A stretch of DNA of 64,000 nucleotides from an uncultured Actinomycetes bacterium (GTDB lineage: Bacteria; Actinomycetota; UBA4738; HRBIN12): contig OY969934.1 in the NCBI GenBank assembly GCA_963704725.1, positions 992,001 to 1,056,000 of the forward strand, given 5' to 3'. Below the pieces are notes generated by a model. That model worked only from the letters and a program-made list of their open reading frames with translations. It was not told the DNA's origin and did not search any database. The position numbers and the translations under genes are program-made. This document shows, piece after piece, positions 21,868 to 31,273 of the stretch (positions within the stretch are counted from its first letter, which is position 1; every line of letters begins with the position of its first letter).

Positions 21868-22467
21868 TCACCGGCCGCCGAACCGCCAGTCGTGGATCTC
21901 GACGCTCGTGTAGAGCTCGGCCCGCACATAGGGATCGTCCGTCAGCATCGCGTCGAGCGCGGCACGATCGGGCCTCTCGACGAGCGCCGCCGTGCCGAGC
22001 CACGTCTCGCCGTCGTCGGCCAGCAGCGGCCCGCGCGCGATGAACGCATCGCGGTGACGGTCGAGGTGGCGACGGCGCTCGTCGCGGAACGGATCACGCC
22101 TCTCGGCGCCGTCCGATGCGCCGTGGCCGATGATCAGGAACCGTCGGTTGCGGACGGGATCGCCCTCGAACTCCCACATCGTGCGTCCCAGGACGTTGCG
22201 CCACCGCCGGATGAGCACGTCGTCGTACACGCCGGCTCGGTAGTTGGGCTCCTCGAAGGCGAAGACCCTCGCCGCCTCGGCGTCGGGGAGATCGACCATG
22301 TGCATGCTGCCGGTCGCCGACTCGCCGTCCGGGGCCAGCGTGGGGCCTCGCGCGATCATCGCGTCGGCGTACGCATCCATGAACGATTGGTGCGCCTCGG
22401 ATAGCTCGGGATCCTCGCGCATGGGCGCGCTGCCGGGGCGGTCGCGGCAGTAGAAGAAGTACTCCAT
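21868..22467 (-). CDS. YciI-family protein (tandem domains)
   Basis: Two H..IARGP(T/L)L..DG..GS/GT..(E/D)(P)NY/PY repeats. Confidence 0.85.
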   Translation of the reverse strand: MEYFFYCRDRPGSAPMREDPELSEAHQSFMDAYADAMIARGPTLAPDGESATGSMHMVDLPDAEAARVFAFEEPNYRAGVYDDVLIRRWRNVLGRTMWEFEGDPVRNRRFLIIGHGASDGAERRDPFRDERRRHLDRHRDAFIARGPLLADDGETWLGTAALVERPDRAALDAMLTDDPYVRAELYTSVEIHDWRFGGR

Positions 22468-25400
22468 GGCGGGATCCTCCCATCGGCGGCGACCGCGCGC
22501 GGGGTGGAGCCGTCGTCGTCCTCGATCGTCACCGTGCCGCTCCCGTCGCCGATCGTGCCGCCCGACGGGTTGGAGAGCACGACGGAGAAGGTCTCGTCGG
22601 GCTCGACGATCGTGTCGCCGATGATCGTCACCGGGATCGTCTCCGACGTATCTCCCGGCGCGAAGGTCACGTTCCCCGAGGCCGGGGCGAAGTCCTGGCG
22701 CGGCACCGCCGTGTCGGCGACCGCGACGTAGTCCGCGCGCACCGTTGCCGCGCTCGGGTTCGACAGCCGGACGGTCAGGACGAGGGTGCGCGCCCCGCCC
22801 GTGCCCTCCACGGTCGAGCCGTCCCCGATCGAGATCGCGGGCGCCTGGTCGTCGTCTCGGATCGTGACGATCGCCCGGCCGTCGTCGATCGACGCCCGGT
22901 TCGGGTCCGACAGCTCGACGACGAGGGTCTCGTCCGGCTCGTCGACGGGGTCTTGGACGATCGGCACGGGGATCTCCGCTGCCGTCTCTCCGGGGTCGAA
23001 CGCGAGCTGACCCGAGACGGGCGTGAAGTCCGAGCCCGCGGACGCGGTGTCCGGTGTGGTCGCGTAGTGGACGGTGACCCGTTCGGAGCTGGCGGTGGTC
23101 AGGGTGACGGTGAGCGTCGCGCTTCCCGAGCCCTCGGCGGCAGAGGCGTCGTCGATCGAGGCCGCCGGCGGGGCGTCGTCGTCCCGGATCGTGCCCGTCG
23201 CCCGAGCGTCCGCGATCTCCGCGTGCTCGGCGTGGGACAGGTTCACGAAGAAGCGCTCGTCCGGCTCGTCGATCGTGTCGCCGACGATCCGGACCGAGAT
23301 CTGCCGGCTCGTCTGGCCCGGGGAGAAGCGAACGGTCCCGGAGGCCGCCTGGACGTCCTGGCCGACCGCGGCGGTGCCGGATACGACCTCGTAGCGCACG
23401 CTCACGGAGTCACCGGGCGGCTCGGAGAGGGTCAGCGTGAACGCGAGCGCCGACGTGCCCGAGTCCCCCTCGGCGGTGGCCCGGTCCGCGATCGCGAGCG
23501 CCGGAACCGGGACGTCCGACGGTTCGTCGTCGTCCCGGATCGTCACGATCCCCTGGGCGTCGAGGATGCGGGCGCCGCCGGTCCCCTCGGACAGCCGGAC
23601 GGCGAACGTCTCGTCCGGCTCCTCGACCGTGTCGCCGAGGATGGGCACCCGGATCGCGGCGTCGGTGTCGCCGGGGTCGAACGAGACGGTGCCCGAGCCG
23701 TCCGTGTAGTCGAGGCCGGCCGTCGCCGTCCCGTCCCGCGTCTCCCAGCGCACGGCGATCCGATCGGGAGCGGGCGCCGAGAGCGACACGGTCACCACAG
23801 CAACGCCGTCGCCCTCCGCGACCGAGGGGCTCGAGATCGTCACGTCGGGCGCGACCGTTCGCGCCACGATCGTGGCCCGGCCCCGCCGGTCGCCGAGCGT
23901 CGCGTTCGTGGGGTCGGCCAGCTCGACGAAGAGGGTCTCGTCCGGCTCGACCTCGTCGTCCGCCAGGATCCTCACCTCGATCACCGCCTCGGTCTCGCCC
24001 GGCGCGAGCGTCAACCGGCCGCGAACCGGGCGGTAGTCCCGGTCCCGCCGCGCCGTCCCGTCGCTCGTGGCGAACCCGACCTCGACCGGCTCCTGGCTGG
24101 GGGCCGAGAGCTCGACGAGGAGCGAGGCCGACGCGTTCCCGGACCTCGGCTCCTGGACGACGTCGTCACCGATCGCGAGCACCGGTAGTGGCCCGCCCGG
24201 CTCGACCGTCTCGCCGGGGTCCTGGATCACGAACGGCCCCACGTGGACCGTGCTGGTCCACTCGCCGTCCTCGCCCTCGGTGCGGAGATGGAAGAACCAC
24301 GGGCCGTCCTCGAGCGGGGGGCTCGACGTCGACGTCGTGTCACCGGGGAGATCGGCCTCGGCGTCGGGGAGGTCCTCGGCGCCGAGCGTCCACTCCACCG
24401 AGTACGACACGGCGTCCCCGACCCGCGACCACACCACGACGACGACGCGCTCGCCCGACGGGACGCCGATCTCGTGCGTCGTGCTCCGCACGTCGAAGGG
24501 ATCCGAGACGGGGGCCGGCCCCCCGGCGAGCGCCAGTACCCCGGCGGTGCCGCCGATCACCGCGACGGCGAGCGCCGCGGCCAGGAGGGTCTTCGTCCGC
24601 CGGGCGGCGCTCGTCAGCCGCCTTCGGAGCCCGCGCCCTCCGAGATCGTGCCGGGGAGCGTCCATCCCGGAGGCGACGTTGCGCCATAGGTCGTCGATGA
24701 GCCCGGCCGCCGCCGGCACCGGCGCCAGGCCGGCCAGGATCTCGATGGGCGAGACGAAACGCCGCTTGCTCTCGCCGCACGTCTCGCACTCGCGAAGGTG
24801 CGTCCGGATCTCGGCGTGGACCCGGCGCGTGAGCTCGGTCGCTCCCAGACTCGTGAGGATCGCGTCGAGCTCGGGACACTCGCGCCGCCCTCGCCGCATC
24901 AGCAGCATCGACGTCACCGTCTCCTCGACCGAGTCCCGGAGACGCGACAGCCGCGTGTACACCGCTCCCTTCTTCAGGCCGAGGGCGTCGGCGATCTCGT
25001 CGGCGCTCAGGTCCCGACGCACGTGCAGGTCGAGCAGGGCGTACTCCTGCGGGCTGAGGGCGGCCGCGGCGGCCCAGACGAGCGCCGCGACCTCTCGGTC
25101 CTGCGCCGTCGCCTCCGGATCGGACCGGCGTCCCGCCGGCACCGTGGCGAAGACGTCCTCCGTCTCGTCACCGGTGTCGCGCGCCGTGACCTCGCGGCCC
25201 CGCCGCCGCACCTCGTCGATCGCGGCGTTGCGGGCGACGGCGTAGAGCCACGCCTTCACGTTCCTCACGTCCGTCGAGCGCTGGAGCTGCGTCCAGGCCT
25301 TGAGGAACGCGCCCTGCACGACGTCGGCGGCGGCGTCGCGGTCGCGCGTGATGCGGGCGGCGAAGTCGTACAACCCGTCCACGTGGCGCCGGTACAGGAG

Positions 25401-25484
25401 CGAGAACGCCTCGCGGTCGCCCCGCGCGGCGGCCGCGGCGAGCGTCTCGTCGGGCGGGATCTCGTGTGGAGGTGTCGGCCGCAT
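22356..25484 (-). CDS. ECF sigma factor fused to zinc finger, TM helix, Ig-like domain and five Calx-beta domains
   Basis: GDREAF..AADVVQGAFLKAW..AWLYAVARN (region 2), LSADEIADALG..VYTRLSRLR (region 4), HLRECETC, hydrophobic helix, five GTA..D(Y/F)..G.(L/V).F.PG.T..EPDE(T/R)F..TI.DDD repeats. Confidence 0.88.
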   Translation of the reverse strand: MRPTPPHEIPPDETLAAAAARGDREAFSLLYRRHVDGLYDFAARITRDRDAAADVVQGAFLKAWTQLQRSTDVRNVKAWLYAVARNAAIDEVRRRGREVTARDTGDETEDVFATVPAGRRSDPEATAQDREVAALVWAAAAALSPQEYALLDLHVRRDLSADEIADALGLKKGAVYTRLSRLRDSVEETVTSMLLMRRGRRECPELDAILTSLGATELTRRVHAEIRTHLRECETCGESKRRFVSPIEILAGLAPVPAAAGLIDDLWRNVASGMDAPRHDLGGRGLRRRLTSAARRTKTLLAAALAVAVIGGTAGVLALAGGPAPVSDPFDVRSTTHEIGVPSGERVVVVVWSRVGDAVSYSVEWTLGAEDLPDAEADLPGDTTSTSSPPLEDGPWFFHLRTEGEDGEWTSTVHVGPFVIQDPGETVEPGGPLPVLAIGDDVVQEPRSGNASASLLVELSAPSQEPVEVGFATSDGTARRDRDYRPVRGRLTLAPGETEAVIEVRILADDEVEPDETLFVELADPTNATLGDRRGRATIVARTVAPDVTISSPSVAEGDGVAVVTVSLSAPAPDRIAVRWETRDGTATAGLDYTDGSGTVSFDPGDTDAAIRVPILGDTVEEPDETFAVRLSEGTGGARILDAQGIVTIRDDDEPSDVPVPALAIADRATAEGDSGTSALAFTLTLSEPPGDSVSVRYEVVSGTAAVGQDVQAASGTVRFSPGQTSRQISVRIVGDTIDEPDERFFVNLSHAEHAEIADARATGTIRDDDAPPAASIDDASAAEGSGSATLTVTLTTASSERVTVHYATTPDTASAGSDFTPVSGQLAFDPGETAAEIPVPIVQDPVDEPDETLVVELSDPNRASIDDGRAIVTIRDDDQAPAISIGDGSTVEGTGGARTLVLTVRLSNPSAATVRADYVAVADTAVPRQDFAPASGNVTFAPGDTSETIPVTIIGDTIVEPDETFSVVLSNPSGGTIGDGSGTVTIEDDDGSTPRAVAADGRIPPWSTSSTAATAPAARPCARIPSYPRRTNRSWMRTPTR

Positions 25485-25556
25485 CGTCGCGCCTTCGGAT
25501 CGGGGCGTCGCCGATCGTGGCGGGGAGACGGCAGCGGGGTCAAGGTCGTGCTCCAC

Positions 25557-25691
25557 TCAGCCGGCCGGTCCCCCGGCCGAGGCCCGTACCAGGTCCCAGA
25601 ACCGGCGGTCCTGCAGGAGCTGGTGCTCGAGCTCGTGGACGGCCCAGGGCTCCGGGGCCGCGAACCGCTCTCCGCACCACCGGCACTCCAT
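25557..25691 (-). CDS. 44-aa C2H2 zinc-finger protein (below ORF-track cutoff)
   Basis: MECRWCGERFAAPEPWAVHELEH = C-x2-C-x12-H-x3-H; RBS GGTGAGGA. Confidence 0.65.
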   Translation of the reverse strand: MECRWCGERFAAPEPWAVHELEHQLLQDRRFWDLVRASAGGPAG

Positions 25692-25742
25692 GTCCTCACC
25701 GCCTCCCGGTCCCGAGCCGCCGTCGGCGGCTCTGCAGAAGAA

Positions 25743-25804
25743 GACGGACGGGAGCGCCGGACCTTACGGAAGGGGCCGTGTAAGGTTCCCGGCCCTCGTC
25801 CGTC
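25743..25804. promoter_or_regulatory. Back-to-back divergent ECF-type promoter pair
   Basis: GTAAGGT-N10-CGTCCGTC on the + strand (25780-25804) and identically on the - strand (25767-25743). Confidence 0.65.
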
Positions 25805-25874
25805 GTACCCCCGAGCCGCCCGACCGGGCGGGAGAGAGCGGGCCCCGGAGGGGGCCCGGGAAGGGAGGTACGAG

Positions 25875-26444
25875 ATGGGCGAGGGGCGGAGGAAGCCTCG
25901 GTCGGGCAAGGCGCGGGTCGCGATGCTGCTGCTGACCGGCGCGGTGGTGGGGTCCATGCTGGCCGGTCCCGTCGCGAGCGCGGCGGGTGGGTTCGGTCCG
26001 GTCTGGAAGTTCGTCAAGTCCCGGCTCTCGGCGCCGGGCACGATCAACGCCGACCGCAACCCGGTCGACTGGTCGAGGCTGAAGAACGTCCCCGACGGGT
26101 TCGCCGACGGCGTCGACGAGCTCGGCGGCGTGGGTACCATCGCGATCCGCGAGGACAGCGTCCAGATCCCCGGAGGCGTCGCGCAGAACGGCGCGTACGC
26201 CGTCGCGAGCGTCACCCGGTACTGCGGCGACGGCGAGCGGGCCCTGTTCGCGAACGCCTACTACGACGGCGATCTGAACGGCGCCAGCGTGGGGGGCGAC
26301 AACGACCAGGAGCTCACGATCGCCTCGCTGAGGTTCGTCACCCAGGGAAACGGGGACGAGGGATACACCGTGTGGGGCGGCAACGACTCGGGCACTGACC
26401 ACACGCTGACGCTGCAGGTGCACTGCTTGCTGGCCGAAGTGTAG
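25875..26444 (+). CDS. Secreted hypothetical protein
   Basis: RBS GGGAGG; signal peptide ending ASA; two Cys near the C-terminus. Confidence 0.75.
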   Translation: MGEGRRKPRSGKARVAMLLLTGAVVGSMLAGPVASAAGGFGPVWKFVKSRLSAPGTINADRNPVDWSRLKNVPDGFADGVDELGGVGTIAIREDSVQIPGGVAQNGAYAVASVTRYCGDGERALFANAYYDGDLNGASVGGDNDQELTIASLRFVTQGNGDEGYTVWGGNDSGTDHTLTLQVHCLLAEV

Positions 26445-26458
26445 CCCGTCGGATTGCG

Positions 26459-26497
26459 GAACGAGGGGCGGATCCCCAGGGGATCCGCCCCTCGTTC
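26459..26497. terminator. Strong hairpin between convergent genes
   Basis: GAACGAGGGGCGGATCCC / GGGATCCGCCCCTCGTTC 18-bp stem. Confidence 0.8.
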
Positions 26498-26518
26498 GCG
26501 TTCAGCTGCTGGCCGGTG

Positions 26519-27865
26519 TCACAGCGCGGCCGGCGGAGGGTCGAGGACGGGGAGGCCTTCTCGGGCGACGGCCGACCAGAACCTGCCGCTGTCGCGCACC
26601 CGGCGCTCCAACGTGGCGTAGTCGACATGCACGATGCCGAACCGGGGCCGGTACCCCCGTGCCCACTCGAAGTTGTCGAGCAGCGACCACACGAAGTACC
26701 CCCGCAGCGGGACACCGCGTTCGAGGGCGTCGAGCGCGGCGCCAAGGTGCCGGTGGAGGAAGCGGACGCGCTGCGGATCCCGGGTGGGCTCGAGTTCGTC
26801 GACCGGGTACGCCGCGCCGTTCTCCGTGACGTAGATCGGGAGGTCCCCGGTCCGCGAGGCGGCGAACTCGAGCACCTCCGTGAGCCCCGGCGGGTACACC
26901 TCCCATCCCATGTCCGTGCGCTCCTCCTCGGCGGCCGTGGTCTCGAGCGGCGGCAGCAGCGGCGAGCGGACGATCGATCGCGAGTAGTAGTTCACGCCCA
27001 GGAAGTCGATCGGGGACGCGATGAGCTCGAGGTCGCCGTCCCGGATCTCCTCGCGGCGCCACCCCCACGCCCGGGCCCCGTCCTCCGGATAGCCCCGGCC
27101 GGTGACGGGGTCGAGGAACCACCGGTTCATCTGGTCGTGCGCGACGAGCGCCGCCTCGACGTCGAGCGGATGGCCCGTCGCGGGATGCTGCGGCTCCAGG
27201 TTGACGACGATGCCGACCGAGGCGTTCGGGGCGGCGGCGCGGACGGCCCGCACGCCGAGCCCGTGGGCCACGAGCACGTGGTGGGCGGCCGCGAGTGCCG
27301 CCGCCGGCTCCGTCCGCCCCGGCGCGTGCGAGCCGACCCGGTACCCGTGGTCGGCGACGATGAAGGGCTCGTTGAACGTCGAGATGTGCCGGACGCGGTC
27401 CCCGAGCCGGCCCGCCACGACCGAGGCGTAGCCGGCGAAGGCGTCGGCGGTCTCCCGGGCGGGCCACCCGCCGGCGTCCTCGAGCGCCTGGGGCAGGTCC
27501 CAGTGGTAGAGCGTGAGGTGCGGGGCGATCCCGTTGGCGAGCAGCTCGTCGACGAGCCGCTCGTAGAAGTCGAGCCCCGCCTCGTTCACCTCGCCGACGC
27601 CGGCCGGTATGACACGCGGCCACGAGACCGAGAAGCGGTACGCGTCCAGGCCCAGCTCGGCGATGATCGCGACGTCCTCGCGGTACCGGTGGTAGTGGTC
27701 GCAGGCGACGTCTCCGGTGTCGCCGCCTCGAACCCGTCCCGGCGTGTGCGAGAAGCGATCCCAGATGCTCTCGCCCCGGCCGTCGGCGTCCGCCGCGCCC
27801 TCGATCTGGTACGAGGAGGTGGCGGCCCCGAACACGAACCCGTCGGGGAATCGTTGACCGGTCAG
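26519..27865 (-). CDS. GH1 beta-glucosidase (start uncertain, possibly CTG)
   Basis: FVFGAATSSYQIEG, TFNEP (acid/base), YVTENG (nucleophile), WSLLDNFEW. Confidence 0.93.
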   Translation of the reverse strand: MTGQRFPDGFVFGAATSSYQIEGAADADGRGESIWDRFSHTPGRVRGGDTGDVACDHYHRYREDVAIIAELGLDAYRFSVSWPRVIPAGVGEVNEAGLDFYERLVDELLANGIAPHLTLYHWDLPQALEDAGGWPARETADAFAGYASVVAGRLGDRVRHISTFNEPFIVADHGYRVGSHAPGRTEPAAALAAAHHVLVAHGLGVRAVRAAAPNASVGIVVNLEPQHPATGHPLDVEAALVAHDQMNRWFLDPVTGRGYPEDGARAWGWRREEIRDGDLELIASPIDFLGVNYYSRSIVRSPLLPPLETTAAEEERTDMGWEVYPPGLTEVLEFAASRTGDLPIYVTENGAAYPVDELEPTRDPQRVRFLHRHLGAALDALERGVPLRGYFVWSLLDNFEWARGYRPRFGIVHVDYATLERRVRDSGRFWSAVAREGLPVLDPPPAAL

Positions 27866-27998
27866 GATGCCTCCATCCGTGAGGTTGCCGAGGTCGCCGA
27901 GAGGGTACCCGGGGAGCGCGGTCCGACGCGCCGAGCCCGGCCTCCTCGGCCCGATAGGATCGCGGCATCCGGACGCCGACCGAATCGCACCGACCTCC

Positions 27999-28934
27999 AT
28001 GAACCCGGCACGCGGCGCCATCCTGTGGGCCGCCGACAACCCATGGCTCCGCGAGCACCTGCCGAACTTTCGGTTCGTCCGTCGGAGCGTTGCACGATTC
28101 ATGCCCGGCGAGCGCCTCGAGGACGCCCTCGCCGCGGCCGAGAGGCTCGCCGCCGACGGCGTCCCCACCACGTTCACGGCGCTCGGTGAGAACGTCACGA
28201 CGGAGGGGGAGGCTCGGCGGGTATTCGATCACTACGTGGAGGCGCTCGCCACGATCGCCGAGCGAGGGTTCGACACCGAGGTCTCGGTGAAGCCGACCCA
28301 TCTCGGGCTTGACGTCGGTCCGGATCTGGCCGCGCGGAACCTCGCCAGGCTGGCGGAGGTGGCGGGGGAGCGGGGGAACTGGTTGTGGCTGGACATCGAG
28401 TCGAGCCCGTACGTCGACCCGACGATCGAGCTCTATCGCGGCGTTCGCCGGTCCCATCCCAACACCGGCATCTGCCTGCAGGCCTACCTGCGGCGGACTC
28501 CTCGGGACGTCGAGTCCCTCCTGCCCGAGGAGCCCTCGATCCGGCTGGTGAAGGGCGCCTACCGAGAGAGCCCGGAGCTCCTCGTCGGCGGTAGGTCCCT
28601 GGTCTCCGAGGCCTACCGCGTGCTCGCGCTCCGGCTGCTCGAGGCCCGGGGTCCGAAGTCGCGGGTGGTGCTCGGCACCCACGACGTCGGCCTGATCGAG
28701 CGCGTCGAGGCCGACGCCACGGTCCGAGGGATCCGGCGCGAGGCCCTGGAGATCGCGATGCTGTTCGGCATCCGCGCGGCCGACCAGCTCCGCCTGGCGC
28801 GCGAGGGGTACGCGATCCGAACGCTGATCGCCTACGGCGAGTACTGGTACCCGTGGTTCATGCGACGGATCGCCGAGAAACCGGTCGAGAACACGCTGCT
28901 GGCGCTGCGCAACGTCGTGGCCGGTCCCGCCTAA
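27999..28934 (+). CDS. Monofunctional proline dehydrogenase
   Basis: RFMPGE, SVKPTHLG, LQAYLRRT, RLVKGAYRE, GTHD, WFMRRIAEKP. Confidence 0.92.
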   Translation: MNPARGAILWAADNPWLREHLPNFRFVRRSVARFMPGERLEDALAAAERLAADGVPTTFTALGENVTTEGEARRVFDHYVEALATIAERGFDTEVSVKPTHLGLDVGPDLAARNLARLAEVAGERGNWLWLDIESSPYVDPTIELYRGVRRSHPNTGICLQAYLRRTPRDVESLLPEEPSIRLVKGAYRESPELLVGGRSLVSEAYRVLALRLLEARGPKSRVVLGTHDVGLIERVEADATVRGIRREALEIAMLFGIRAADQLRLAREGYAIRTLIAYGEYWYPWFMRRIAEKPVENTLLALRNVVAGPA

Positions 28935-29000
28935 CGGGCGCGGCGGAGCTCACGGCAGCGGAAGCAGTCGACGGTGTGGTCGTTCACGAGACCGCACGCC
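28931..29000 (-). pseudogene. tag: Displaced original 3' end of tag
   Basis: Reads ACGLVNDHTVDCFRCRELRRAR*, the conserved TAG C-terminus; in frame with tag at the CCGCACGCC core. Confidence 0.9.
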
Positions 29001-29039
29001 ATGGTAAGATAGCGCGTAGCTTTCGTAGGGAGGACCGCC

Positions 29040-30326
29040 ATGACCGAGACCAAGCGCGTCGCCGGCTACGTGCGGCTGTCCAAGGAGACCGAGGAGACGA
29101 CCTCCCCCGAGCGGCAGCGCCGGGCGATCCGGCGTCTGTGCTCTGATCGCGGCTGGACGCTCTCGGAGACCTTCGAGGACATCGACGTGTCCGCCTACAA
29201 CGGGCGGCACCGGCCGAGCCTGGAGCGGCTCATGTCGCGGCTGGGGGACTTCGACGCGGTCGTCTTCTGGAAGCTCGACCGGCTCTCGCGGTCCTCCGTC
29301 GAGGCCGGGCAGATCGCCGAGCGCTGCAAGGCCGAGGGCGTGGACCTGGTCGCCACGGACATGAACCTGGACACGACGTCGGCCGGGGGGAAGTTCATCT
29401 ACACCGTGCTCGCGGCGGCCGGGGAGATGGAGTCGGCCCGCATCTCGGAGCGGTCCCGCTCGATGATGGAGTACAAGCGCGACCGGGGGGAGTGGGTCGG
29501 CAAGCCTCCGTTCGGCTGGCGCGTCAAGGACAAGCGCCTTGTGCCCAACCGCTCGCAGCAGGCGGCGCTCCGCAAGGCCGCACGGGCCTTCGTCGGGGGC
29601 GCGACGCTGGCCGAGTGCGCCCGGATCCTCGGGTTTGACCAGGCGACCGTCGCGCAGCGCATCCTCCGGTCTCCGCGGGTCCAGGTGGCGCTCGGCGCCC
29701 TGGGGGACGAGCTGGCTGCCGCGCTGCGCGCTCGGGCGATGCAGCGCGTACCCGCGTCTCGCCGCTCGCTCCTCGGCGGCATCGCCCGGTGCGCCATCTG
29801 CGAGGGGCCGATGCGGCTATCGTCCACGCGGGCCGGCCGGCAGGGCCGCTGGACGACGTACCGGTGCACCCAGACCGGGCACGCAGGCATCGCCGGCGTG
29901 TGGCTCGAGGAGTTCGTCTCCGGGGCCGTGCTGGACGCGATCGACCCAAAGGCGCTCGGCCGACGGATGCGCGAGCGCCAGCGGAACCCGAAGGCTGCGG
30001 AGATCGCCGCCATCGAGGCCCGCATCGTCGAGCTGGAGGACATGGTGGGCGACGGCACGCTGACCCGGTCGGCGTTCGTTCGCCAGCGGGACCGCCAGCT
30101 GGGCCGGGTCGCGGAGCTGCGCGGAGTCGACTTGGACTCAGACGCCCCGGATCTGCCGCTGGAGATCGCCCGCAACCTCGGGTCCTACTGGCCGAAGATG
30201 ACGACCAGCGAGCGGCGGGACGTGGTGCGTGCCCTCATCCGGCGGATCGTGGTGACCAAGGCGCCGCCAGGATCGAACGGCCACCCCCCGACGGCCGATC
30301 GCGTCTCTGTCGAGTGGCGTGCCTGA
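29040..30326 (+). CDS. Serine integrase (compact large serine recombinase)
   Basis: GYVRLS, WKLDRLSR, ESARISER, CAICEG..YRC zinc ribbon, coiled coil; RBS GGGAGG. Confidence 0.95.
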   Translation: MTETKRVAGYVRLSKETEETTSPERQRRAIRRLCSDRGWTLSETFEDIDVSAYNGRHRPSLERLMSRLGDFDAVVFWKLDRLSRSSVEAGQIAERCKAEGVDLVATDMNLDTTSAGGKFIYTVLAAAGEMESARISERSRSMMEYKRDRGEWVGKPPFGWRVKDKRLVPNRSQQAALRKAARAFVGGATLAECARILGFDQATVAQRILRSPRVQVALGALGDELAAALRARAMQRVPASRRSLLGGIARCAICEGPMRLSSTRAGRQGRWTTYRCTQTGHAGIAGVWLEEFVSGAVLDAIDPKALGRRMRERQRNPKAAEIAAIEARIVELEDMVGDGTLTRSAFVRQRDRQLGRVAELRGVDLDSDAPDLPLEIARNLGSYWPKMTTSERRDVVRALIRRIVVTKAPPGSNGHPPTADRVSVEWRA

Positions 30327-30359
30327 ATTACCGTGTGCGGGGGGCTGGTCTGGCCGGGC

Positions 30360-30713
30360 CTAGGTCGGCAGCGCGACGGCCGTTCGCGACTCCCGCACGG
30401 CTTCATCGGCGAGGGCGTACAGCTGACCCGTGGCGATGCGTTTCCGGAACCCGCACCGGCGGCACCGCAGTTCCTCCCCACGCCGAGCCCGCTGCTTGAG
30501 TGTCTCTGAGTCACGGTAGGAGTAGCCCTTGGGCGCCTCGATCATCGGCACTATCCAACGACGGGTGCGGGGAGCGGTGTTGTCACCGCGGCGCGACAGA
30601 TCGAGGTGCCATCGTGGCCGGTCTCCCGTTACCGCCTCGCCGAGCAGCTGTAGGCGGCCAATCGTTGCGCCGCAACGCGGGCAAGGGACACGAATGACAG
30701 GCTTGTTCTTCAC
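30360..30713 (-). CDS. Hypothetical zinc-binding protein
   Basis: CPRC...CRRC pair; start uncertain. Confidence 0.5.
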   Translation of the reverse strand: MKNKPVIRVPCPRCGATIGRLQLLGEAVTGDRPRWHLDLSRRGDNTAPRTRRWIVPMIEAPKGYSYRDSETLKQRARRGEELRCRRCGFRKRIATGQLYALADEAVRESRTAVALPT

Positions 30714-30833
30714 CCTGCCCGCAAGGTACCATGGGCGCCAACCGCACACCTGGGCGAACAGCCCCCGATCGAGTCGCACCGGCAGGCCCAAGTAGGAGGG
30801 CCCCCCGGACGGGCTCTGGGAGGGGTTGCCCAG

Positions 30834-31031
30834 ATGCTGCCGTTGCTTCTGCGGGTGCCCGAGGCTTGCGAGGCGCTGGGCCTCAGCCGCGAGACCATCC
30901 GACAACTGCTGGTGCGGGGGGAGCTAGAGGCCGTCCGTTTCGGTTCGGCCGTGCGGATCACCCGCAGCTCCATCGAGGCCCTCATCAAGCGGCGCACCGG
31001 CGCCTCCGCCAAGGCGGTCGGGGCCTCGTGA
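30834..31031 (+). CDS. Excisionase-family HTH protein
   Basis: LLRVPEACEALGLSRETIRQL..GEL.AVRFG..VRI; RBS GGAGG. Confidence 0.88.
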   Translation: MLPLLLRVPEACEALGLSRETIRQLLVRGELEAVRFGSAVRITRSSIEALIKRRTGASAKAVGAS

Positions 31032-31273
31032 GCCGCCGCCTCTCGCAGGGAGTGCTCGACGAGGTCGCCGGGGTGCTCGAGCGCGCCGCCGAGCGGCTCG
31101 TCCAGAAAAGCGAGCGGCCGGGATCACGCCCGGGCCTTAACGCAGAGGAGGCCCGGCGGCACACCGGGCCTCGCTCGCAGAACTCGCACCTTGGGCAGGA
31201 GCGTCGGCCGAAGCGTACACCCCGGCGCCCACACGGAGCAGCTGCTTCGGTGGGTGGTGCAGGTGCCCAATGA
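31028..31273 (+). CDS. Hypothetical protein
   Basis: GTGA overlap with the excisionase stop; fills the operon. Confidence 0.45.
   Translation: MSRRLSQGVLDEVAGVLERAAERLVQKSERPGSRPGLNAEEARRHTGPRSQNSHLGQERRPKRTPRRPHGAAASVGGAGAQ

Noticed and set aside
19601-21913. Long antisense ORFs (e.g. 19601-21913, 51414-53678, 56054-58594, 60188-62275)
   Set aside because: Typical stop-poor shadow frames of high-GC genes, with no motifs.
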